From positions 152,768,001 through 152,832,000 of the forward strand of contig NC_043000.1 of NCBI RefSeq assembly GCF_006345805.1: 64,000 nt of DNA, read 5' to 3'. The notes beneath the pieces are model-generated. The model did no database searches, was not told the DNA's origin, and saw nothing but the letters and a program-made list of their open reading frames with translations. The position numbers and the translations under genes were made by a program. This stretch comes from Octopus sinensis (lineage: Eukaryota). Positions 1-11,668 of this stretch are shown one piece after another; position 1 is the stretch's first letter; each line of letters begins with the position of its first letter.

Positions 1-498
1 TATAAAGATTCTTATATATTTACTTTAGACTTTGACTGAGTATATCAGGTAATCTGCCTTTCCTTCATTTGCATTGCAAATACTCATGTACATGATTGAA
101 TTTAAAACAGGTGTGTGAGTATCAATGTATGTATATATATATATATAATGTTTAATCATATCAAAAGGAAATGGAATTTAATTAAATTTAAAATATTCAA
201 TCAAAATTTACATTTCCAGTGGTCTAACGTGCAAAAAAAATTAGTCAAGAAGACTATATATTAGTTATACAACATAGTGCATATTTATACACATAAGGAA
301 TCCACTTAGCGTGAGATTTAACACATTAGAGAGAACAGCTAGGTTCTGTAAACCACAAAAATAACGGATAAAATTCCAAATTTATTCCTGTCGAATTTTA
401 TCTGTTATTTTTGTGGTTTACAGAACCTAGCTGTTCTCTCTAATGTGTTGAATCTCACGCTAAGTGGATTCCTTATGTGTATAAATATGCACTATATC

Positions 499-537
<39 letters not shown>

Positions 538-919
538 TGTGCTTGCCCTTCACATAACTGCTTTACAACCGGTAATGGTTTGCTTACGTCCCGGGTACCT
601 AGTGGTTCGGCAAAAACGTTCAATAGACTACGTTCCAGGTTTTAAAAAATAAGTACTGGGGTGGATTCATTCGACTAAAGCCCTTCAAGATGCTGCCCCA
701 GCATGACCGCAGTCTAATGACTAAAACAAGTAAAAAATTAAATAATGCAGTAATATGTAATAATTGATAATATAAATAATATACGACCGGTGCCGTAGAT
801 GCGTCTGAGACCCCAATAAGGATCGAAAATCGATTAAAGCTTTTCATCATTTTTCAATCTATGGAGATAGCGGTAAATTTGGGATTTTTGTTGATCTACA
901 CGTAGGTTTACATATCCTA

Positions 920-950
<31 letters not shown>

Positions 951-1122
951 TGTATGTATGTATGTATGTATGTATGTATGTATGTATGTATGTATGTATG
1001 TATGTATGTATGTATGTATGAGTGTGTGTGTATTTGTGTATGTATGTATGTATGTATGTGTGTGTGTGTATTTGTGTATGTATATATGTATGTATGTATG
1101 TATGTATGTGTGTGTATTTGTG

Positions 1123-1156
<34 letters not shown>

Positions 1157-1243
1157 TTCATGTATGTATGAGTGTGTATGAGTGTATGTATGTATGCACA
1201 CACACACACACACACACACACGGTTTGAAATTTTTTAACAATA

Positions 1244-1699
1244 TCTCTATATCTACAAACGGAAAAATCTCTGTGTATCTGCGTGTCTGTGTGTCTGTGT
1301 GTCTGTGTGTCCTTTATACAAATCCACAGTTTTTCACGTAAAAGGCTCGCATTTTCTAAAAAAAAAAGTCGATAAACCGACCCCTTACGCCCATAAGTTA
1401 TTTTGCGGCCAAATTCGAGTTTTTCGCTTTCTTCTGCCTCCTTTTTTGTCCGACTAATGGCATGTGCACAGTCCCGCTAATTTTCCCTCATTATGCCGTT
1501 CCAGGTGTGAAAACCGAAGTCCAATGAATATTTATTATCCTCATAAAAAGCTCCAACTAGCTCATAAACAACGAAACTGGCCCGGGCTGAAATGTGATAA
1601 GAAACTTAGCTCTTGATTTAGTGAGAAATTTTTACTGCGACCCGGCAACGAACAACAAGCGCTAGTACTAGACCCGGAAACGCCGGGTCATAGTGCTAA
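1244..1699 (+). mobile_element. Non-autonomous Helitron
   Basis: A|TC 5' end with ctgtgtgt motifs, subterminal hairpin CCCGG-aaacg-CCGGG, CTAA|T 3' end. Confidence 0.6.
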
Positions 1700-2449
1700 T
1701 ATATATATATATTAGCACTATGGCTGTGTGGTAAGTAGCTTGTTTACCAACTACATGGTTCCGGGTTCAGTCCCACTGCGTGGCACCTTGGGCAAGTATC
1801 TTCTACTATAGCCTCGGGCCGATCAAAGCCTTGTGAGTGGATTTGGTAGACGGAAACTGAAAGAAGCCCGTCGTATATATATATACGTGTGTGTGTTTGT
1901 CCCTCTAGCATTGCTTGACAACCGATGCTGGTGTGTTTATGTCCCCGTTACTTAGTGGTTCGGCAAAAGAGACCGATAGAATAAGTACTGGGCTTACAAA
2001 AGAATAAGTCCCGGGGTCGAGTTGCTCGATTAAAGGCGGTGCTCCAGTATGGCCGCAGTCAAATGACTGAAACAAGTAAAAGAGTAAAAGATATATATAT
2101 ATATACATACATACATACATACATACATACTACATACATACATACCTGTGTGTATATGTGAGCGTGTAAGATATTTATGTAATTTTCCCCAAGCCAGAAT
2201 GATCACAAAACCCTTTGCTGCAATGTAATCATCCCCAAGCAACTGAATTGTTTCCATAGCAGTTCTGCTTTTTGTGATCACCATCCTCTTTGGTTCCTTC
2301 ATAACTCTAAATCGTAATTCATAATAATTTTTCACTCGAACGTAAAGAAAGTTTTTGATGTTCATGACTTTCCCTGATGTATTATCATCAGACGTCATGT
2401 AAGATATCTTACCATTACTCTAACTTGGGAATTACGGAGTACTACTTAC

Positions 2450-2552
2450 CAGCAGCGTTACCAACCCTTCGCTTTTTGGATACATCAAAGACACTGGAAC
2501 CTTCATCGGCTCCGTTAAATCTTTGCGAATTCGAGTTAAAGATGCTGAATAC
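2450..2552 (-). CDS. WDR64: WDR64-like exon (VFSIFNSNSQRFNGADEGSSVFDVSKKRRVGNAAG)
   Basis: tttttattccag acceptor, gtaagt donor, 103 nt (phase 0 to 1), in frame with the previous exon. VF-VSKKRR matches the recalled WDR64 VFFVSRKRR segment. Confidence 0.75.
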
Positions 2553-2699
2553 CTGGAATAAAAAGATTAAATCAAAAGGATTATATGCGAAAATAACATA
2601 TTAATATACTTTTGCAATGATTTCTTTTTAAACAAGAAAACCGTAAACTGATAGAGAGAAAAATGTGCTTTAGTGACATTCATACTTTTCTAAGGAAAA

Positions 2700-3060
2700 G
2701 TTTTGCATTGAAGACATCTCTCGTATCACTCCTATCAGAAATTATCGTCCTCGAAGATAATGAAGTTTGCAACTCCTCTAGATTCTGTCTCATTCCTTCC
2801 ATTCAGATATGGAAGGAATTCAGATATGTCAGATATGAGATTTGTAAGCCAATTAGCATTATCTGATAATCCTACTTCTAAATCGACACAAAAATCTCCA
2901 AATCATTGACAGGCTGTTGCGCTGAATTAATACAGATGTCGCACTCCTCCTGCAACATCGCTTTTCTTATCCACAAATCTTATCTTTATTAAAATCTACC
3001 TTACGTATCGTCCAAGCAGTACCTAAACCAAGCTCACTCACCGTTCATTCACATACTTTG
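2700..3060 (-). mobile_element. Degenerate hAT-type (GTF2IRD2/Charlie-like) transposase fragment
   Basis: Stop-riddled frame containing LSDNANWLTNLISDISEFLPYLNG, resembling the WL.DLAFL.DI..HLN.LN segment of hAT transposases. Confidence 0.35.
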
Positions 3061-3779
3061 CAGTAATTTTTATCTATGAACGGTATGACATTTCAAATTG
3101 GTGAACGTGTTAGCGTTTTGCTTTGCATTAATTATGCTTTGTACTTCATTCAAATTAATACAGAATTGATGGCCGAAACAATCCGCTCAGAAATGTCCCT
3201 TCACATTGCTCATACACCCCAAACTCACAGACTTTCTACCACTACTGCAATTATCTTGATTAGCTAAAAAGATTAGTTATGAGAAAAAACTTAGTTATAT
3301 AGAATGCTCTGATATGAATTGATTACAATTTCAACCGCTTAACATTTGTGAATAATTGTGGAATACAGTAATAAGCCTGAAGTAGAACTACAGGAAGTTT
3401 AAAATCTATAATGAGAATCTTCAAGATATTTCAAGATTTTAAGATATAAATTAATATTTGGATTTCATATAAAGGTGAATACTTCGATATTGAAGTTAGG
3501 GCCGCTTATGGAGTTGCTGAATTTCGGTTCCTTTATTTATATAATTTTAAAACAATTTTGACCAAGGGTAAAAATTTCAAATGTAAAAATGTGATGTCTT
3601 ATTACGATTAATTAAATGTAAGATTTACATTCATATTATCATCATAATTTTCTCCTTGTATTTCTTAGAATATTTCAGACACATGACATGGCGCCCCGAA
3701 GATGTATGGTGACGTAGGATACTGTCTGAATTGCCGGTACCTTGAGCCGGTTCTGGTTGAGGTACAATTAAGTAATGTG

Positions 3780-4161
3780 TGGAGGCGCAATGGCCCAGTG
3801 GTTAGGGCAGCGGACTCGCGGCCGTAGGATCGCGGTTTCGATTCCCAGACCGGACGTTGTGAGTGTTTATTGAGCGAAAACACCTAAAGCTCCATGAGGC
3901 TCCGGCAGGGATGGTGGTGATCCCTGCTGTACTCTTTCACCACAACTTTCTCTCATACTTACTTCCTGTTTCTGTTGTACCTGTATTTCAAAGGGCCGGC
4001 CTTGTCACTCTCTGTGTCACGCTGAATAACCCCGAGAACTACGTTAAGGGTACACGTGTCTGTGGAGTGCTCAGCCACTTACACGTTAATTTCACGAGCA
4101 GGCTGTTCCGTTGATCGGATCAACCGGAACCCTCGTCGTCGTAACCGACGGAGTGCTTCCA
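3780..4161 (+). mobile_element. SINE family B (tRNA-Arg-like head). Copies 10934-11316(+), 32653-33035(+), 42732-43117(-); related subfamily 7030-7322(-), 57393-57690(+)
   Basis: A box TGGCCCAGTGG, B box GTTTCGATTCC; TSDs ACAATTAAGTAAT (this copy), TATAATCATG (32653) and CACACTGAGAGAT (42732). Confidence 0.9.
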
Positions 4162-4288
4162 CCACAATTAAGTAATATTCAAAGTACCTAAAACGTAATA
4201 AAATATAACGATGTGGGCATTTCCACTCTTTATCAAAAATCGTTGTTACAGACTTCTGTTTGGTGACATATTTGAAATGTTTCTTTAC

Positions 4289-4419
4289 CTCACTCCAGTC
4301 TACTGTGGCTTCTGGATTCGAGATAATTTTCCTATAAAGAACTTTAATTTCCTGAGGTTTTATATCCGGTCCAAATAAAAGACGTAGTTTTTCACTGAAC
4401 TTGTCGTAAGGGAGATTCT
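4289..4419 (-). CDS. WDR64: WDR64-like exon (ENLPYDKFSEKLRLLFGPDIKPQEIKVLYRKIISNPEATVDWSE)
   Basis: ttttcacag acceptor, gtaaag donor, 131 nt (phase 1 to 0). Closely resembles recalled WDR64 YDKF..[33 protein letters not shown]. Confidence 0.85.
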
Positions 4420-5384
4420 CTGTGAAAATAAACAACATGAAATGATCCATAAAAGCATTAGCCAGAATTTGTAAGTTTGTAATGTTTCAATGACAGCTGC
4501 TGTTGGTCATGTGGCTAGTATACAAGACAGATCTGAAGATTATGATATTTTATGAGTTGTGTTGAATAAGGCTATGTGTCTAGGACACAACCAAGTTTAC
4601 TACAAAGAAGAACCGTGGAGTAGAACAGTTTACATCCGTAAGAGGCAGAGAGATACAATGAAAACTGGCATGAGGTTCTTTTGTTTGCTTCACTGTATTC
4701 AACTCCCTCAAAAGAATGGTCTCTGATCAGCTGACTTACTCATGATAGAGAATATCAAAACGAAGTCTTCGGTGGAGGAAGAAAGGAAACAGAGTTTTCT
4801 TTATCTATTGCCTACCCTCTTAGCACGGAAAAAAATTTGGTCAGTACTGTAACCTAACGATACCGTTATCAGAGCTTACGTTAGAAACCTGTACTTACAC
4901 ACGGTACCGTTTACAAATTAGATTAGACAACTGAGTGCTTAGTGACTACCAAAAAAAAAAAATACAGTTTTCAAAGCACCGGAGTAATTGTGTGGAAAGA
5001 AGCTTGCTTCCCTACCATATGGTTCCTGGTTCAGTCCCACTATGTGGCACCTTGGGCAAGTGTCTTCTACTATAGCTTCGGGCCGACCAAGCCCTGTGAA
5101 TGGATTTGGTAGACGGAGACTGAAAGAAGCCCGTCGTATAACCACATGTGAATCGTTGGCGATTTTTTTCTCCGTCTTCCTTTTCTCTTGGACTTTCCTC
5201 TGTTTCCTGTTTCTGAAACAGAGCTTTGCTCGAAGCGTAAAGCTACCTTTCTTTCCTTCCCTGAGCGTCTGCTAATACTTTGCATGTACCACGTCCTCAT
5301 GTTGTTGTTTTTTTTCTTGTGTTTGTTCTTTGTATATATATAATATATATATATATATATTATATATATATATATATTATATAT

Positions 5385-5447
<63 letters not shown>

Positions 5448-5925
5448 ACGTTTCGGTTGTCGTAGCACAAGTTTCCGTCGATTTCCGTAAAAAATGTAAA
5501 CACTGAATCGGCCATACATACATACATACATACATACATACATACATACATACACACACACATACATACACACACACACATACATAGATACATACACACA
5601 CACATACATGCAGACATACATATACACATACACCGAGTAAAAAATTCCAGTTATCTCTTTCTTTCACACATTACTCTCTCTGTCTCTTCACACACACTAA
5701 CAGAAGCACTTCACTTACACAACATACTGTCTGTCTCCCACACCCCATCAAACACACACACACACACATGTACATCAATGCTTCCCCTGGACGGTAACTT
5801 CAAAAGAACTTCCCTCGTCATACAATCGCTTTCTCTTAGTCTCTTTCGCTCTCATTACTTATGTAAAAAAATAAAAGTTTTTTACGGAAATCGACGGAAA
5901 CTTGTGCTACGACAAGCGAAACATC

Positions 5926-5976
<51 letters not shown>

Positions 5977-6288
5977 CGAAATATTAAGGAATGACCCTGA
6001 GAAGGTCGTTCGACTCACTTGAAAAGAGTAGCTAAAACTCAAAACCGCAAAAATAGTAATTCTGAAACTAGAGGAAAATAAAAAAAACATTTCCTCTAGT
6101 TTCAGAATTACTATTTTTTGCGGTTTTGAGTTTTAGCTGCTCTTTTCAAGTGAGTCGAACGACCTTCTGAGGGTCATTCCTTAATATTTTGTTGAATGTA
6201 TCATATAGTCTGTGACTATTTCTATTTTCTCACTTGACCGCTGGTAGCAGAAAATTTTTCTTGAATTTTTTGTTACCCTTATATTGAT

Positions 6289-6334
<46 letters not shown>

Positions 6335-7461
6335 TTGTGTGTCTGTGTTTGTCCCCCACCCCACCATTGCTTGACATCCAATATTGGTGTGTTTATGTAC
6401 TCGTAACAGAGCAGTTCGGCAAAAGAAACTGATACAATAAGTACTAGGCTTACAAAGAATAAGTCCTGGTGGGGTCGATTTGTTCGACTAAAGCCGTTGC
6501 CCATCATGGCCGCAGTCAAATGACTGAAACAAGTAAAAGAATAAAACAATAAGATTACCATTCTAACAAGATGCTAGTCAGTAAAATCTCAACGAAGTGA
6601 TTCTGTATCATATTTAACATCTGGCAAAATTTCGTTGCTCGTAATCACTTACCACCAATGAGCAGTTTCTGGTAATTTTCGCAAGATTAGTCTATCTCGT
6701 CGGGTTGATTTGCTACAGACAACCTCTGTAAAGCATGTTTAATGTCTGTTTATCTAGAATCTCTAGATGAATCGTCAGGCATTTTGACCCACTGTTTCAT
6801 CGAATCCGCAGCCTAGATTCTGTTAAAATAGGTGTGTAAAACTGGGTGCACAACGGTCAATATTTGTTTCTTTACTACCCACAAGGGGCTAAACACAGAG
6901 GGGACAAACAAGGACAGACAAACGGATTAAGTCGATTACATCGACCCCAGTGCGTAACTGGTACTTATTTAATCGACCCCGAAAGGATGAAAGGCAAAGT
7001 CGACAACGGTCAATATTTCTGTTTGTTCCTTCTCGAGCCACGCCTGGCTCATAAGGGCCGGTTTCCCGGTTTTCTTGGCGTATAGGTTCCCCACATGGAC
7101 GGGACGCCGGTCCGTGGCAGATGAGCTTCAAGATGCAGGAGGAAAGAGTGAGAGAAAGTTGTGGCGAAAGAGTCAGCAGAAGTTCGGCATTACCCTCTGC
7201 CGGAGCCGCGTGGAGCTTAGGTGTTTCGCTCATAAACACACACACATCGCCCGGTCTGAGATTCGAAACCGCGATCCCTCGACCGCGAGTCCGCTGCTCT
7301 AACCACTTGGTCATGTGCCTCCACGGTCAATATTACAATATTACATTAAATCTATATATGGAGAGATTCTAGCGTGAATGTAAAACGCGTACACATACGA
7401 CAGCCGAGGTCATCAAGTTCAGATTTAGTTAGTTACAAAGGAATTCAACTTAAACGCGTAC

Positions 7462-7600
7462 CAGATATCAGCTGTCTTCGATACTCAGAGGTTAATTCAC
7501 AGCCACTGTACGTCACATCTTTAATGAATGTACGGAATTTCTCCAGTTGCTTGCGGAAAGAATTATTAGTGTAAGGACGGCGTAATTTAGCTTGCGGCAT
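7462..7600 (-). CDS. WDR64: WDR64-like gene, first coding exon (MPQAKLRRPYTNNSFRKQLEKFRTFIKDVTYSGCELTSEYRRQLIS); upstream acceptor at 7632 implies a further 5' UTR exon
   Basis: ATG at 7600. Donor GTACGC after 7462 (phase 1) joins in frame to the 4419 exon. NSFRKQLEKF resembles the WDR64 N-terminus as recalled (SNFKKALNRF); no search run. Confidence 0.75.
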
Positions 7601-7718
7601 TGTTTTGGGAGTATCAGCTTTTCGCCAATATCTGTAAAGCAACATAGGAAAAACATTAATGATAAAACATGGTTACAAATTTATTGAATTCCCTGTAGAA
7701 TAATGATGATGATGATAT

Positions 7719-7749
<31 letters not shown>

Positions 7750-8423
7750 AACAATATTAATAATAATAACAACAACAATAATAGTTTTATATACATTAAC
7801 GAAAGTACGGCAACTATGTTCAACATACAGCGGTGGTGCCCCAGCATGGCCGCGGCCTTCGGGCTAAAACATTTTTAAGGATTTAAGGATACAGATATCC
7901 TAGCAACTATCTAGTGCCAGACAGTCTAGCCAAATCATTTCTTAATTACTGAAAGAAACCTGACGACAGAGCTTAACATTTTGAAGTACAGCGTTAACAA
8001 ATTAGAAATGTAATTCTCGCTCGCTTTAAAGCTGCAATAAAAAACTAACATGAAAACATGAAAATATATACCCAAGAAGTCCTTGAAACACATATATACT
8101 TTGGAAATATGCTCCTCCAAAACATCATAAAGGACTAAGGAAATAAACCTTAGTATAGGTGCTTAATATTATAGAGTGTGCGGCTTAACAGAAGATATAT
8201 ATAAATCACGCTACTATTTATAACTTTAATTGCTTCGAGACTCACCGTTCCTGAAAAGAATTATTTTGCGTTCACGAATTTTCTAAATTTTCTCAATTAT
8301 ATATATATATATACTTTATTTAAAAGCAGCTAAAATGTAACAAAAGGTGTTACTCGGAGTTTCATGTTCTCGTTCGTCGGACAGTTTTGTTATATATATA
8401 TATATAATCATATATACATATAT

Positions 8424-8455
<32 letters not shown>

Positions 8456-9148
8456 CAAGATAAGAAAATGGAGAAATACATCTAAATCAAATATCAATTA
8501 CCAGATAATACTCAATCACATACTTTATTAAACCACCACATAAGAGACTGTAGGGTTAAATATAAAAAGCAGAACAAATTACTTATATTTATATTATCTT
8601 TTATATATATTCTACTTATTATACAACATTACTCTTTTATGTACACTTTTTATGTACATTCCTTTATGTACACTGATTTGTTCTGCTTTTTGTATCTAAC
8701 CCTACAGTCTCTTATGTGGTGGTTTAATAAAGTATGTGATTGAGTATTATCTGGTAATTGATATTTGATTTCGTTGTATTTCTCCATTTTCTTATCTTGT
8801 ATTAGTAATTTGTGGTAAATCATTTTACCTTTGCCCATATAATACAGTAAATGAATTGATTGCATCGCAATCATTAACATTCATGTATTAACTTTGTTGG
8901 GTACTTCACTAGCAGTATATTGGATATATGTTATCCCATGGAGGTTTGCATTTACAACCCCTATCTCAATTTGTATATATATATATATATTTAATTCTTG
9001 ATAGAGTTTATTTTAGATTATATATTGATTATATATGGATTATATATAGGTTATATATAGATTATATATTTATATTTTTATTATTTTAAAATTATTTAAA
9101 ATTATTTTAAACTGATATTTTAATATATTGATATTTTAGATCGGAAAT

Positions 9149-9189
9149 CCACCTGAAGATTGTCATTAGACATGAAACAATTGTAGTGG
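9149..9189 (+). ncRNA. Minimal type I hammerhead ribozyme motif
   Basis: CCAC-CTGAAGA-T TGTC atta GACA T-GAAA-CAATTG-TA-GTGG. Helix I CCAC/GTGG, helix II TGTC/GACA closed by U.U, palindromic helix III ACAATTGT. Predicted cut after A9185 (GUA). Confidence 0.75.
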
Positions 9190-9408
9190 CGGGTTTTTTT
9201 ACTTTTTATTAAAATTTTATGTATTGATTAAGTCTTTCCTTGTTTGTTTTGCAAAATAGTGGTTTTGTCTCTAATAATATTATATAATATTTTACTATAA
9301 AATTGGATTTAATCCTAAATCTGATTTTTTCCCTGTAAATTTGGATTTATTCCCTAATATTTATTATTATATATATATATATATATTATATATATATATA
9401 TATATATA

Positions 9409-9439
<31 letters not shown>

Positions 9440-9697
9440 CAAATGTGAGGATAAAATTCTTTTCGAAAAAAAATATTTTCTCGAAAAAAATTTTATCAAT
9501 GGCCAGCATATTAAAAAATACCTTTAATGGTTAAATTTATAAACAATTCATAAATGAGGGCAAAGGAAAAAATTTCTAATGCCAAATATGCCGAAAAATT
9601 GGACATATTATCCATTAACCATATAATTTTTTCACAATACGAACGCTACTCGAAAAACAGATATTTAGAAACAGATATTTCTAAAAAATTGCATTAT

Positions 9698-9755
9698 TAC
9701 CATATCGGACCGATTTCAGAGTTAGCTACTAAGAGCCCTCTCTTCGTCAGTGATA
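9698..9755 (-). ncRNA. Minimal type I hammerhead motif, inverted copy of 10261-10318
   Basis: Reverse complement reads TATCA-CTGACGA-AGAG...CTCT-GAAA-TCGGTCCGA-TA-TGGTA. Confidence 0.7.
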
Positions 9756-10260
9756 CTTGTGGCAAAAGAAATAAATGAGATACTTATTTTTTTGTCTCTG
9801 AAATAGGTCCGATATGGTAATAATGGAATTTTTGAGAAATATCTGTCGACCTTTTTTCGAGTAGCGTTCGTATTGTGAAAAAATTATATGGTTAATGGAC
9901 AACATGTCCAATTTTTCGGCATATTTGGCATTAGAAATGTTTTCCTTTGCCCTCATTTATGAATTGTTTATAAATTTAACCGTTAAAAGTATTTTTTAAT
10001 ATGCTAGCCATTGATAAAATTTTTTTCGAGAAAATATTTTTTTTCGAAAAGAATTTTATCCTCACATTTGATATAAATTTAAGCGTTCACTTCCGAACTA
10101 GCTCACTCTGTGAGAGCCTCTGTTCAAATCGCACGTGTCTTGAATGGGCTGGAGTATTTCTATTTTGGATGTATTTGGGGTACTTAGTTGTGCCCATGAG
10201 TTAGTATTTGCTTCTTCCATGGGTATGAGTAAGTATCTCATTTATTTCTTTTGCCACATG

Positions 10261-10318
10261 TATCACTGACGAAGAGAAGGCTCTTAGTAGCTAACTCTGA
10301 AATCGGTCCGATATGGTA
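10261..10318 (+). ncRNA. Minimal type I hammerhead ribozyme motif
   Basis: TATCA-CTGACGA-AGAG[aaggctc TTAG tag CTAA]CTCT-GAAA-TCGG T CCGA-TA-TGGTA. 5-bp helix I (one G.U), 4-bp helix II, helix III with 1-nt loop. Predicted cut after A10313 (AUA). Confidence 0.72.
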
Positions 10319-10472
10319 ATAATGGAATTTTTTAGAAATATCTGTCGACCTTTTTTCGAGTAGCGTGCGTATTGTGAAAAAATTATATGGTTAATGGACA
10401 ATATGTCCAATTTTTCGGCCTATTTGGCATTAGAAAATTTTTTTTTTCCTTTGCCCTCATTTATGAATTGTT

Positions 10473-10508
<36 letters not shown>

Positions 10509-10818
10509 GAGGGCATAATTATACATACATGCCAGGAGGCATTATATATACATGCCAAACGCTAGGAGGGACAATCAGTCATTTCTACCAAAAATATTAC
10601 TAATATTAGTAATATTTTTGGTAGAATGACTGATTGTCCCTCCTAGCGTTTGGCATGTATATATAATGCCTCCTGGCATGTATGTATAATTATGCCCTCT
10701 ATATATAAATTAATATGTTCAATAAGAAATAATTATTTTCGAAATTTTTTCTCTTATGAGGTTTTTACGCTATCTACCTGACAATTTCTTAAGTTTTCCT
10801 TATTAAGTAGTTGTCCTT

Positions 10819-10858
<40 letters not shown>

Positions 10859-11314
10859 ATATATATATGATTATACATATATATATATATATATAGTATA
10901 TATATATGATTATATATATATATATATATATGTGTGGAGGCGCAATGGCCCAGTGGTTAGGGAAGCGGACTCGCGGTCATAGGATCGTGGTTTCGATTCC
11001 CAGACCGGGCGTTGTGAGTGTTTATTGAGCGAAAACACCTAAAGCTCCACGAGGCTCCGGCAGGGGATGGTGGTGATCCCTGCTGTACTCTTTCACCACA
11101 ACTTTCTCTCACTCTTACTTCCCGTTTCTGTTGTACCTGTATTTCAAAGGGCCGGCCTTGTCACTCTCTGTGTCACGCTGAATATCCCCGAGAACTACGT
11201 TAAGGGTGCACGTGTCTGTGGAGTGCTCAGCCACTTACACGTTAATTTCACGAGCAGGCTGTTCCGTTGATCGGATCAACCGGAACCCTCGTCGTCGTAA
11301 CCGACGGAGTGCTT

Positions 11315-11363
<49 letters not shown>

Positions 11364-11441
11364 AATATATATATGTATATATATATATATGTATAATATA
11401 TATATGTATAATATATATATATATATATATATGTATAATCA

Positions 11442-11490
<49 letters not shown>

Positions 11491-11668
11491 ATATATTATA
11501 TATATATATATATATATAAAATAAATATAATATAATATATTATAAAATATTATAATAATCCAGGTTTCTCTGAGCACTAGGCCACTTGGTGTTGAATAGA
11601 TATACTATTAACTTAGTATCTAATTCTCTCACCCTTATTAATTAATTATATATATATATATATATATA

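Noticed and set aside
2355-2395. CTGATGA...GAAA on the minus strand
   Set aside because: No helix II or III pairing and no UH triplet in register; probably chance.
2678-2800. Possible extra exon MEGMRQNLEEL...KLFLRK with a GTATGA donor
   Set aside because: No pyrimidine-rich acceptor, and it overlaps what looks like a decayed hAT fragment.
3784-3856. tRNA genes at SINE heads
   Set aside because: A and B boxes are present, but there is no complete cloverleaf and each continues into a SINE body with a TSD.
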